64,000 bases of DNA, from positions 36,816,388 to 36,880,387 of the forward strand of contig NC_092670.1 in assembly GCF_964355755.1 (NCBI RefSeq), read 5' to 3'. Under the pieces are notes generated by a model, which saw only the letters and a program-made list of their open reading frames with translations, had not been told where the DNA came from and did not search any database. A program made the position numbers and the translations under genes. The stretch is from Antedon mediterranea (taxonomy: Eukaryota; Animalia; Echinodermata). Shown piece after piece: positions 14,044 through 26,900 of the stretch (position 1 is its first letter; every line of letters begins with the position of its first letter).

Positions 14044-14115
14044 GCCCCAGTGGTTTAATGGTTAGGGCAACTGCATATCAAGCAGACGGTCCGAGTTCGA
14101 GTCTCGGTTGGGGCG
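14044..14115 (+). tRNA. tRNA-like cloverleaf with anticodon ATC (pseudo-tRNA or repeat head)
   Basis: GCCCCAG/TTGGGGC acceptor stem, GTTT/GGGC D-stem, CTGC-ATATCAA-GCAG anticodon arm, CCGAG-TTCGAGT-CTCGG T arm, then a TTTTT run. Confidence 0.55.
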
Positions 14116-16429
14116 ACTTTTTCTCATTCTCCCAGATTTCCTCATCTTTATCGTTTCAAAAATTAATTAAATAATTTTCAGTGTATCACCTGTTGTGTTT
14201 ATATATATATATATGGCTAGATCCAAGTTTGGTAGCCAAGCATCATAACCACCAAGCCACAGCTCCACTCCTCATGTTAGGATTGATTAGTCTGAAAGCA
14301 TCAATCACTACCTGTCAAAATAAAAAATGAACAACTAAATTATATCAACAAAATGGTATAAGTATAAATAATTTTACATGCTATAAATGTAAATTTCTTA
14401 CACCACAATCCTACAAACATTAGGGAGTCTTTCACGTTAAAGGTTAATAATTATCGCATTTATCGATAAAAAAAAATCCCGATAATTATCTCATTCAAAT
14501 CAGATAATGATCGGTAATTTTTCTCTAGTTGAATAGGTTAAACAATAAATGGATACGATAGAATGATAAATGTTTCTTTGTGTTTTTGTCCTTGGTTATA
14601 GGTTAAATCAATGTTTGTATAATAGAAATAATATTACAAATGTCAATGTTATTAACTTTCGTATACAGCACCTTCAGCATCAGGTTTGATATTTCTAAAT
14701 GCTTTGAAGCCAAAATGAGATGAGTCTACAATGCTAAGAAATCATCTTGTATGATAGTCTGCCCTAAGTCACGTAGGATTCAATTGAAAGCTTTTATTAC
14801 CATCCAATGGCAACAGCTTGATTCAACCAATGTCTGGTCATGTTATCTCTTTGGATCTAGGTGATTCAATTCTAAATTCTTTAATCATCCCACACGAGGC
14901 AATTCAAATAAAAAGTTGATGATTTAGATATGAACTGGCAATACAGATATTTGTGTATCAGAGCCAACTCATTGGTCAGGAAATATAGCATGTGTTCTTT
15001 CGATGTGGAATGTGTTTTATTTTAAAAAAAATATAATATGTATTGTGCTACATTATGGTGCAACTTTAATCAGGGTACCTTACAATCTCTTCAGTAACAA
15101 TAATGGGCAAAGAAAGCTGTTACAAAGAACATTGTAGTACCAGCCTCATGTTTACGGAATGTAGAATTCCTTCTTTTTATGAATATTTAAGAAAATCGAT
15201 ATGTGGCCTGATGTGATTTATGTATAATTTTACATTCTATAGATCAGAAACTTTGAAACTAAATATTGAATGAATCAATACATGACTTAAGATTTGAATC
15301 AAAACACATAGAAACTCAGATAATTACATCAAAGATCTATAACTAAAATTTTTTTATATTATAGGATCAGATTCACCATGGTATCCAGCGTTTATACTAA
15401 TTATCGTGAGATCGAGGTTCATTGCTTGTATCCTTAAGCAAGATTATTATCTGTTATTATATCGTTGTTCCGTTGTTTGTACTCTTCACTTGTGAGTGCA
15501 ATCCCGAATAAACTGAATTTAACAAACAATGTGGGAAAGCCTTTTGCAATTTTATATTTTCCACTCAAAAGCAAAGTGCGCAAACTCGAGTACAGCACAG
15601 CACCTATTTGATTGGTGCTTATTTGTGTGTGTATATTTTTTTTATTATTCAGGCATAATTCCGGTGTTACGTTCATAACAGCATTGACCATGCAACATTC
15701 TGACAACTTACGTGGTTTTGAAGAAATATTATTTTAAATTTTTAGTTTTGTTTATAAACTTTATTCTTGATGATTGAAGTCAATAAATTTTACATTTGTT
15801 GTTAGTAAGTAACCTTTGATAATGTAAAGTATGAAAAAGAAATATTCATACTGATGCGTTGGGTATTTACATAACGTAGTGCTCTACAGTATAACATACT
15901 TTATGATTACCGTCTCCATCGAGTAGATATAAATAATTTAAATGAACTAATTGAAAAATGAAAAAGAGAAGATACAGTTCACCTGTAGTAAATCATCGTT
16001 TTTCTAGCATGCCTTCCTTTTACCCAAAGAAATATTTCAATCTTTTAACAATAGTTGGTTGCATTATATTTAAACTAAATACCTCCAACATCAATTCTAT
16101 ACTTGTAGGGTCCATATCTGCAACCTCAATTTTTGTGCCTTTTGTTTGTTTATTAAAAACTCAAATTTGATGAACATTTATAAATGGTGGGTATAATTTC
16201 ATGCAGCAGGTTAAAATTTAAAAATGCCACCTTTTAAATACAAAAAAAAAAAATAAAACAAAAAAAATATATAAAACAATCGGGTTTACGTTTCTCAACT
16301 ACTAATAGCTTTGCAGTTTTTTGGAATAGCATCAATTAATGACATATAGGCCTATAATAAAATGCGCTACCCTTTCTTTCCAACATTTGAGTTGTAGGTG
16401 TAGTAAAACATTTTTTTGGGAGAAATGAT

Positions 16430-16650
16430 TTTATTCTACCATAAAACAAAAACATGAAATATGAAGCTTACTGGAATGGTGTGCTCATTTGTACAGTTAG
16501 TTCCATATAGTTATGGCGTGTTATCTACATAGACACTACGCATTGTACAATATTATTTTCGGTCGTATGTACTTCAACATGCTCTTCTAAATGTGGCTTG
16601 GGATCCAGTTTGTAAACGTTTTTCATCGCCAAATGTTCTTCTTCAACAAA
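16430..16650 (-). pseudogene. Older degenerate copy of PSMD14 last exon and 3' UTR
   Basis: gtgctcatttgtacagttagttccatatagtt and cattgtacaatatt...gtacttcaacatgctcttctaaatg match 29998-30230, with indels. Confidence 0.8.
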
Positions 16651-17618
16651 CTCAAATAAAATAAAAGAGGCCAAATGTCTACAGTAATGTTAAGAACGTA
16701 TTCTTGCTAAATTCGATTTCTTGGTACCATAAGTCATAGACCTACTTTGCCGTTTCCGGGGCTAAGTTATTTTATAAGTAGGGGAGGATGGGGTAAGTGG
16801 TCCATGGGGTAACTGGTCCAATTGCTAAGTTTTTCTTCAATTGCTGCTATAGACCTTATTTTTTATTATGAACTTTGACATAAATTACTTCTCTATTGTT
16901 TTATACATGAATTAGCACGCTGTCTCATTAGTTTACCTATCAAAATCGCAATTTTTCAACTTTCGTCTATCAGTTATCTATTGAAAAATACACTCTTAGA
17001 AGGATTGTTTCAAGAAGGTAAGTTTAAAGTGATTTTTAACTACTTTAAAGATTAAAAAAATCATCCTAGGCCTAGTACATTTTGTAGCTTGAAAAAAATG
17101 AAAGCTGACAGTGTGCGTTGTGCCGGTATCAATGGCGCTTTGTTTAATTAAGTGACTGGACCAAATAGTTCAGAATCATTTTTTTTACGACCTCATTTTT
17201 TAAAACTGGCAGTACAAAAACAGCATCTATGTGCAATAGGCATTATTAATATTGCTTAAATGGCCTTTTGTTGTTCTATTGTTAATATTTTTATAGAAAT
17301 AGAAAATATAAATTAGTTAGAATTAATATGAGTGGATCTTGTTGATTTAATTGGTATTAAAAATTCCATATTTTAGGCTTGATTTGTACCCTGTTTAATG
17401 TACCCCTAAAGCGTGAATTTCAAAAATGGCTGCCAGTCTATTAAAACATATAGGCCAAACTATAAAAACGGTCATTCTTGCCATCTAATTAGTTAAATAG
17501 GTTTAATTATGAATAATTACTAAAATATGTATGTTAGTCATCTATAGAAAATACATTTTTAGTTTATATACCAAAAATTAAATTTGTAATGTCATATTTT
17601 AATAATGTTAAAATTATT

Positions 17619-17706
17619 GGGGTAAGTGGTCCAGTGGGTATTGGGGTAAGTGGTCCAGTGGGTATTGGGGTAAGTGGTCCAGTGGGTATTGGGGTAAGTG
17701 GTCCAA
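17619..17706. repeat. 24-bp tandem repeat (~3.5 copies) inside an insertion starting ~16779
   Basis: ggggtaagtggtccagtgggtatt repeated; the same core occurs twice at 16790-16820. Confidence 0.85.
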
Positions 17707-17786
17707 CCATTTTTGGCTTTAAATTTACATTAAAACACTCTAAAACAGTTAGTTATGGTGTCATATGCAATTATGAATTATTATTA

Positions 17787-19241
17787 CTAGATGGTACGCT
17801 CGCTTCGCTCGCGTACCATCTAGGTCGTGCCCACAGATGGTTCTCGAATACATAATGATTTCAGCGTTAAAAAACTGGCGATTTCAAATGTACAATAATG
17901 CAGGACAATAATACATGTCGTTTACAGGAACGAATAAATAGACACTGTGATTTATGTACTCAACTAAAATTAGCACCCTGGGAATTACTTCCGAAAGAGA
18001 AACTTGTCACAAAATGAGACCAATTGTTTTAAAAGTCAGATTTAAACTAACTTATTTTGTGTACATGTTTTGTATGTAACATTATGGTTGAGGGATGGGG
18101 AAGAGGATGGGTGCAAAGAGGAACAATTCTTAATTATATTCTTTATTTTGTAACGAAATATTAATTGTGTTCATGTTTTACAAATAATATACCACTAAAC
18201 ACAGTAAAACCAGGGAAGAGTTAATTTAACTCTTCCCTGGTAAAACATTGCGATGTAATACTTTGTTGAAACTATCACCGTCGTAGTCGATTGAAATAGT
18301 ACAGTACATGTAACGGTACACTACGACGTATGTTTATATATAATGTTAAACAATTTGTGAAAACCACCTCTATTCGGGGAAAATCATAAATTCGATTTAA
18401 TCGTCAATAAATATTAAATTATCTAACTCAACTTAATTAATAGGCCTAATGGTTTTCAATTGTTTCTTAGAGCCAATTCATAATTAAGTTGGTTCCTACC
18501 CTACCCACCAAATTTGTTCTGCGTTTAGGGCATGTGGTGCACCGTATAGGCTTATCCTCTACTGGCTTTATAACGCTACTCATGCCAGTGAGGGAAGGGT
18601 GATGATGTTGGTGGTTTAAAGATTTGTACATAATATACGGTGACTGAAAACGCTAGCTCATTATCCGTTTAAAAAAAATTATATCCAACCTCTGCAGTAC
18701 AGATTGGAAAAGAAAATGGATCGAATTTCTGTTATGAGTATACAGTACTTGCCTTTACGACGCCTGAGGGAATAGACACTTGTGTAACAGAGATCGCAAA
18801 TCAATACATTTATATAAACGTATATTAAATCTATCAAAATAGTATTTTTTAAAGAAAATCGGCCCGTCTTCAACATTATGATGCTGTACTCGAGCTGTTC
18901 AACCGGTTTTCAGCCATTAAAAACAATTATCGTAGGAGGAGATAGGAAAATGCGAAGCATCCTCGTATTATCGTCTGCGGGTATTTTACAAGACGGACAT
19001 CCATTAGACAGTGTATACCACGATCGAAAAACACCCCTATTTGGGGCAAATCGTTAAACCTAAATTCGTTTTAATCGTCAATAACTAATTATCGAACTCA
19101 ATTTAATTAGTAAACAGGGTTACATCAGGCGGTTAAAATCAGTACCGAAAGTACGAACCAACTTTATATACCATCGAGTAAACATTCTAGAAATAACGCG
19201 CGATTTACCGAATTTTGCCCTTACGTAAATTTATATATAGA
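17787..19241 (-). mobile_element. Non-autonomous Helitron
   Basis: On the minus strand: 5' A|TCTATATATA at 19241; 3' end palindrome GATGGTACGC-GAGCGAAGCGA-GCGTACCAT-CTAG|T at 17787; inserted between A and T with no TSD. Confidence 0.75.
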
Positions 19242-19315
19242 TTATTTAATTATGATCTTTTTGTTTGTTTTATGTATTAATTTTAATTATTTTTAAAAAT
19301 GTCTATACATATTTC

Positions 19316-19997
19316 ACAAGTATATAGTATTACAAGTATATAGTATTACAAGTATATAGTATTACAAGTATATAGTATTACAAGTATATAGTATTACAAG
19401 TATATAGTATTACAAGTATATAGTATTACAAGTATATAGTATTACAAGTATATAGTATTACAAGTATATAGTATTACAAGTATATAGTATTACAAGTATA
19501 TAGTATTACAAGTATATAGTATTACAAGTATATAGTATTACAAGTATATAGTATTACAAGTATATAGTATTACAAGTATATAGTATTACAAGTATATATA
19601 GTATTACAAGTATATATAGTATTACAAGTATATATAGTATTACAAGTATATAGTATTACAAGTATATAGTATTACAAGTATATAGTATTACAAGTATATA
19701 GTATTACAAGTATATAGTATTACAAGTATATAGTATTACAAGTATATAGTATTACAAGTATATAGTATTACAAGTATATAGTATTACAAGTATATAGTAT
19801 TACAAGTATATAGTATTACAAGTATATAGTATTACAAGTATATAGTATTACAAGTATATAGTATTACAAGTATATAGTATTACAAGTATATAGTATTACA
19901 AGTATATAGTATTACAAGTATATAGTATTACAAGTATATAGTATTACAAGTATATAGTATTACAAGTATATAGTATTACAAGTATATAGTATTACAA
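19316..19997. repeat. 16-bp minisatellite (~42 copies)
   Basis: Unit acaagtatatagtatt, near perfect, with three 18-bp variants near 19590-19640. Confidence 0.97.
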
Positions 19998-20961
19998 TAA
20001 ATGAGTATCTTACTTACAATGGTCAATCTGTATTATTGCTGAGGTGTGACACCTCCCTTCTCTACAAGGTTGATGTGAGGTGTAATTACTACATTCCTCC
20101 GCAATTCTTTTATACGGTAATACACCTGACTAGTTCTATGCAAATTACCCTTTGCGTTTAACTTTAAATACCCGTCAATTTTGGCTGTGACACACAACAC
20201 TTGAATTAGCTCAACTCATCAGCAACATTTTCTTTAAAGAAGCAGTGAGTATTCTTTAATTGCAATCATTTTTTATATTTTTTTATATTTTACCCTAACC
20301 CTCAAAATAATCTCTCTCACTATAAAGTAAAAGAAGTAGCTTATTGGAGTCGAACCTCATATCGACATGTAAAGGCCATAGTCTTATCACTCAACTACAC
20401 ACACGGCTCGACAGAAATCGTTTGCATTTAGCGAATTGTAGTTAGCTCAATTCTTACGTCACACCTTATGGATATGAATGTTTATTTTGTGACGTTTCAT
20501 GACGGGTCTGAACAGAAATATCGCGACCCGAACGTGCTTCATATACAGAACTTGGGACACTAATACATTATAATTTAATCCAACATCTTCACCTTATTTG
20601 TTTAATCCATTTCTATGACATATAATCCACATTTTTAGACTCTATAGCTCACTATGTCGGTCGGTCGGTAAACACTAAATTTCGGTAAACAATAACTTAA
20701 ATTATTATTTTTTCGTCATTTTGACAATGTATGATTGGGTCTCTGAGACCCCTTTATAAACCGCTTTCATCATTTTCAGTTGAGGTCTCTTATTTCGTTT
20801 CACTTGCGGATAGGATGAGAAAAATCTAAATTTAAATACACGGTGATGTATCTATACAGTTTAAAGTAAGTACAGGTATCCTCATTTATAGAGAAGCAAA
20901 CACTTTCTATAATTTATCGTAAATATTGTGAATTTTATAGGCATACTTATCGACACTCATA

Positions 20962-23900
20962 ATGAAGATGATGCTGTATATTGTGTTTATCGCAGCACTA
21001 ATAGTGCCTACTTTGCAGGCGACTTGTGGTTGTCCTAAATACTGGGTTCCTTACTTAAACAATTGCTACCGAATCTTTGCTGAAAAAGTAACTTGGGGTA
21101 CAGCCGAGAGCAAATGCCGAAACTGGTGGGTATTTATGTGTTTGTTACTGTTAGAACTCTGAATTCTATAAAAGTAGAGTAGGATGCACAAGTAAAACAA
21201 CGGTGTTTGAAATTTGGTCGACACAATCTTTGTAAATGATATTCCCATCATTTTTACCCACTCAAGATGCTTTATGCTTTTTGCCGATGACGGGGACGGG
21301 GGAATCACCACTCAAATTGCCATCCATTACAACAATGTATTATAAATATCACCTTATAAAAAAAAATCCTTTGCAATTAAAGGTCAACCGTAGAGGGGAC
21401 AAACGCAATGATTTTTTCGTTGTATTTTTCAAATACTGTATGTTTCAAATGTTTTGATTACCTTTCATAAGGGACCACCACCAGGATTGCATTCCCTTTT
21501 GAAAATAGCTTGGTTCTCACTAGCGACGCAACGTAACGCAATCTACGCAACGTAAGAAAATGCCCTTCCAATCATTGTGTTTGCCCCCGCCTGCGTGAAA
21601 TCAAACCTACGATGTTTGCAGCACTATTGCGTCGTCGGTTCCCACTTGTGATTACGCAATACATAACTTTGCGTCGATACGTCGCTGCGTTGCGTTCTAG
21701 TGGCAACCATGCTTAAGAGAATGGTGTCTGTTTCCCTAGTTGACGACAAATAGACTTAGATCTATAATCTTAGTCAATAATGCTTTAGGTTTTTACTTTC
21801 ATTGGCTAATAAAACTGGAACCCAAAATTCACTACACAGACAGACCACAATTTTGATCAAGGGCATATCGTTATGGTTGCTAGCCGCTGATAGTTTTTCT
21901 GTACAATTAATTGATATTATCTTCTTAAAAACATTTTCCTGTGCATATACTGTACAAAACCTGTTTATAATAATCTCCATCTTTCCAACGGCTGCATATA
22001 TACACGAGAATTACCTCATCTGATTCTCTTCTTTTGCGTCTATCTAACGAACGTAAACACATAAATATTCTCATTACAATTGGAACCTATTCATAATAAA
22101 ACATAACATAATATTAGAAAACAATAGACTGAAGTATAAAATGAATGAGACATCAAAAATCATTATCAGCAGTGGCAAGGGTCAGAGACTAATAGAACCA
22201 AGTCAATGCCAACTAATATAAAAATAATCAATGCTTTGAATGATTGTGTTCACTGTCAATGTCTCTTCCTTTTTTCTAAAGAGAAATCAGGAATCAATCA
22301 TGGTGGTCAAATCCTGGTGGTCACGTATAAATATAATCAAAATTCTTTTGTAGAACTAGCTAATGACAAAAATCTTCACAGAATAGTGTCTGGAAGAGAA
22401 ATCTCATTAATGTAGAACATATTTAATGATAGCAATGAATATACTATTTTGGTGCACATGCTAGTGTTTAGAAAATCATGGGCATGGGTTCCAGATTAAT
22501 ATCTATTCACTGGGTTTCTTGATACTAGGTGAACTACTATGTTCTGATTGCAATGGGGATAAAAGTGAGAACCAATAATATTTGTTAGACGCTTACCCAC
22601 CAAAGTGCTCAAGGCGCCTGTGAAAAACCAATGGAAACCAATCCTTTACGATCAAACCTGGAGTTTTTCAATAATGTTCGTACATTTCGTAACATTACTC
22701 TAGTAGAATATTTATGTATTTTATGTAAGATTTGTGTATGTGTTTCCTTCTGTAAGTAGTGAACCTTGAGTTTACTGTTGGTTGGGAAATTAAAATAAAA
22801 TAACTTTTTACAAAGAAAAGAGGTTTGAAATTCATAGTTGCCATTTCTGGCATTATTATGCTTTCTGGCATTATTTAGAGGCCCACGGCATCTGGCATAA
22901 TGCCGCGGCATTATTTAGCCGTTTTTAGCATAATCTGGCATAATTTTGTGTTTTTTGAACAACCAAAAAAATAATATACCACAGAACAAAAATAAAATAT
23001 TTTGTTTAAAGATGTATTGTCCCTTTGACTATCCAAAAAAAAAATAAAAGATTTCGAAAAAAGGTGGGTTACTTTGAAGTATCATAATACTGAAATACAG
23101 ACGTTTTTTTGTTAAAAAAATAACATTGACTTCCAGTCAAAGTTTTCAATCAAAACATATCCCATAATAAAACGCGCTTGTTTGGCTACTCTGTATGCAT
23201 AATCATAAAACTTCCTTATGATGATCTGTGTGAAAATACCTTCTTAACCGTGACGAGTTGTAAACAATCCTAATTTAGCATATGCATAATGCGTACTCAT
23301 GGTTTGAAATCTTTGTTTACTTTCGCTCGTGACGATTTTCCAGATGAAATGTAATCAAACTATCTGTTCGGGTTTTCCGTACAATAGTTCTTCCATCTTT
23401 TTGTTTCGGACTTAAATAGACTCTTCGGATAGGAAGGCTGCTCGAAAACTACCGTGTGTGCGATATAGGCAGCACAACAAATCCGAAGAGGCTAGCTATT
23501 GGCCAATTATGTTGCTCTATTTCAGAGACCATGCAGATTATTGGATCCCCAGATATAGAGACAATTGAACGAAAACATTATGAAAGGGGTTTTGTTGTTT
23601 CAGTTCATAATTATAAGTGGCCGCACCCCTACCCCAACCCTTGAAATGGCAATTTCCAGTAACTAATTAGAAGCTCTAATTTTAAAAAGAATTCTAGGAG
23701 AATTTGTTTTCCATATTTCAAATTATGTTCCATTTCCATGGTCGTAGCAACCCTATTTTTCCAAATGTTCTTCACCTCTCAGCCCCAGTAGTGACGATGT
23801 GGGCGAGGTAATTTTTATTTAAAATTAAGTGCCATTTCCGCCCATCGAGCAGCTCTATTTTTCCATTTTTTTTTTCCTCAGCCCCAACCATAGGTCATGG

Positions 23901-26900
23901 AGACACTTAATATATATTTTTATTTCCTATTTTAAATTATAATTGCCATTTTCAAAACTATGATGGGCTAAGATCCTGGAGGTACTAATAAATATATTTT
24001 TATTTCATATTTGAAATTAAGTGCCATTTCCGCCCATTGAGCAGCTCTATTTTTCCAAATTTTCTCACCTCAGCACCAGCCATGGTGAAGCTGAGGTCCT
24101 GGAGACACTTAATATATATTTTTATTTCTTATTTTAAATTATAATTGCCATTTTCGAACTATGGTGGGCTAAGATCCTGGAGGTACTAATAAATATATTT
24201 TTATTCCATATCTGAAATTAAGTGCCATTTCCGTTCATCGAGCAGCTCTATTTTCCAAATGTTTGTACCTCAGTCCCAACCATGGTGGGGCTGAGGTCCT
24301 CAATAGGGTTGGTGAAATCTGTCCATAATAGGTTACTTTTCTGTCCATAATAGGTTACTTTCTGTCCATAATAGGGACTATAGGGCGCTGTTGTTTGTCC
24401 ATAATAGGTAACTTTCATAATTGGCTGTCCAAAATAGGCGACTTTTTGTCCACAATAGGCGAGTTTATTGGAGTAGTGCGCCATCCATTGTGTTGTCCAT
24501 AATAGGTGATTTTGTTGGCGTACTCGTACGTACGTAGTTTATTTCGCGAGTAGAAGTAATAACTATTATTAGTTAATACTAATTTGCTTTCTCTTCAGAC
24601 TTCGAGGCTACCTAGGCCTAGCTAGTAGGGTACTAGTAGGAGGCCTAATTAGTATAATTATTTAAGTCTCTCTAGCCTCTAGTAGGGCCTATAATAGGCC
24701 TAGCCTAGGCTAGTCCTGTTTTAGTTAGGCTACCTCAGGCATAAAATAGTACTGTACTACTACTGTACTAGCTTTGGCCTAGCTGGAGTCCATTTGTTAT
24801 TGTCCACTAATGAAATGTGAGCTTTTTTTTTTCTAGGCCTACCTTACAGCAGGGGGTACCTCCCTGCTACAGTAGGAATACAAATGACATGGGCTCATAT
24901 TAGGTAGATAGGTTTCCTACTACAAACAACTAGGCCTATCCTCATTATCTGTTTTTTTATTATTTTAATATGAATATTTTACAGAATATACTATACTGCC
25001 TAACTGCAGGTCAGGTCTGGCGGACTATAGTCACTATACAGTCTTTTACTACCACTGCCACCACCGCCCACTACTATACTTTGAAGACCGAAATCAGCTA
25101 CTACTAGCCTAGTCTACTAGACCTATTGGTAGTTTGTCTTCAAATCAGACATCTAGATTGCTAGATTGACCTATTCAAATTTTTGTTTTTTTTAATTATT
25201 TTTTGAATGAATGAGTCTTATCCAGACAGTTCGGACAGTTAGTAGGTTGGCAGTATAGTAGAGCCAGAGCTATTGTTACTGTATGTTATTAATTATGTCA
25301 TCTATTTAAATCTCAATTTTTCCCATATTTTTTGCATGTATCAAAGATTGTGTACAGTGTATCTTCTGATCAATGTTATAGTACAGTAGCATGGACATTT
25401 CTATTAACTAGGGTAAGTAACAGATAGGCCCAACCTACAATTGAAGAAAAATACTTTACATACAACCCACTAGGCCTACATCTTTTAGGACATTTTTCAA
25501 TAAAATCCCAAGAAAAAGCCTATTTAGAAAAAGTATTTGTTTGCAAAAGTAATCTTCGGAAAAGAAGGATACAATTTAGTCAAACATTTTTAGAGAGACA
25601 AACTGAATTTTATCAGTAGCGTAGTAGAAAAACTGACAATACATGAAAATTAATTTTTAACATTTGATTTGAAATATTCTATTCATTTGAATTGCTAAGA
25701 AATTAAAAGGAGATATTTTTTTTTTTATTTCCATTCATTATAAACATTACAATCACAGTACAAAGAATAGATAAATCCACTAATAAATTCATGCAGAAAA
25801 TATTTCAAAATTTAATTGAATGTTATATTATTAAAGCATTCATTCAATAAAGCATTTGTCTTTAAAACATTTAATATCAGTTTTCATATAGTGAGTATGG
25901 TAATAATTGACTCTAACAACTGGTATAAACTTAAATTTAGTAAAACAATCCTACATATCTTTTTTTAAATGCAATAAAATATTTAAACATAACTGTTTCC
26001 CACCATACAACATGAAAATTTGTCTCAGCATTACTAAGATTGAAGTTACTTGCATTATACAATACCATAGAGATATTATAGATATCTCTATGACAATACT
26101 TAAAGATTATTATAGTATTTAAATGCTTCCTTTTTTTATTATAGGCATACAGATGTTTGATATTCTGCTCATATACAGTATGCTGCTGAAATGAAAAAGT
26201 ACATCACTTCAACATATTATTATTTTTGATCATAATCATCGATCAATAATTATAGTAATAAACATAATAATTATGGTGCATTTTATTTATCCTTGCTATT
26301 TTTTAAATTGTAGTTTAACCATGTTTTTACACTTTTAAAATTAATATAATTCAGTATTTTTTAAATGTGATTTAGATTTTGAATAAACTGTTCTGAATAC
26401 AGAACAAAGGTGTTGATTGTACACTGCGTGTATGTAAACTTGATTTATTGTCGTATTTCTTATTATTAAACATTAAAATTGATTCATTTAATTAAACAAT
26501 ATAATAAATGGATGAGATGTGCTGCTGTTGATCCACTTTAGACTGGGATGGTTTGTCATTGAGCTATGTGGATCCAGAATTTTGAAATAGGGGAGGACCT
26601 AAATGATGTGCTGAACTGTGATGTCTTTTTCAATATTAAATTGATTTTTATTATTACTGTTAACAAAACAAAATAAGTCCAAAGAAAAAAAAAATACAAC
26701 AATTACATTGAAACACCAATGCATTTATAAAAATAACAGTTTACATTTTCATTATCTTAAAAAAATAAAACTTTATCAATATTATTATTAGAGTATTATG
26801 GGGTATTTTTTATTTTTGTAAAAGAACGTGTGGGTTTGGTGAATTATTTAAACTTGCAATAGTATGGTAAGTTGCGTAATGTCTGTCCGTACTATCAAAC

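Larger units (their letters stand above)
9043..14311 (-). pseudogene. Partial PSMD14 pseudogene (equivalents of coding exons 5-7 only)
   Basis: Exon 5 remnant 14311-~14273 is truncated at SINE-like sequence. Exon 6 is 12722-12597. Exon 7 (9204-9043) reads CAA TGA TAA where the intact gene has CAA TGC TTA. No exons 1-4 upstream. Confidence 0.9.
1025..14545. repeat. Segmental duplication unit 1 (paralog of ~15108-31520)
   Basis: Colinear homologous blocks: 1025-1860 ~ 15108-15945; 3883-6050 ~ 20727-22832; 6050-6905 ~ 28010-28870; 7780-9430 ~ 28890-30510; 12480-12745 ~ 30610-30880; 14273-14545 ~ 31230-31520. Confidence 0.9.

Noticed and set aside
9043-14311. Second functional PSMD14 or alternative 3' exons
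   Set aside because: Lacks the JAMM-encoding exons, exon 5 is truncated, exon 7 has premature stops, and it lies ~16 kb beyond the intact gene's stop.
17589-17855. ORF with collagen-like GVSGPVGI repeats
   Set aside because: Produced by a 24-bp DNA tandem repeat; period 8, not Gly-X-Y; no splice or domain support.
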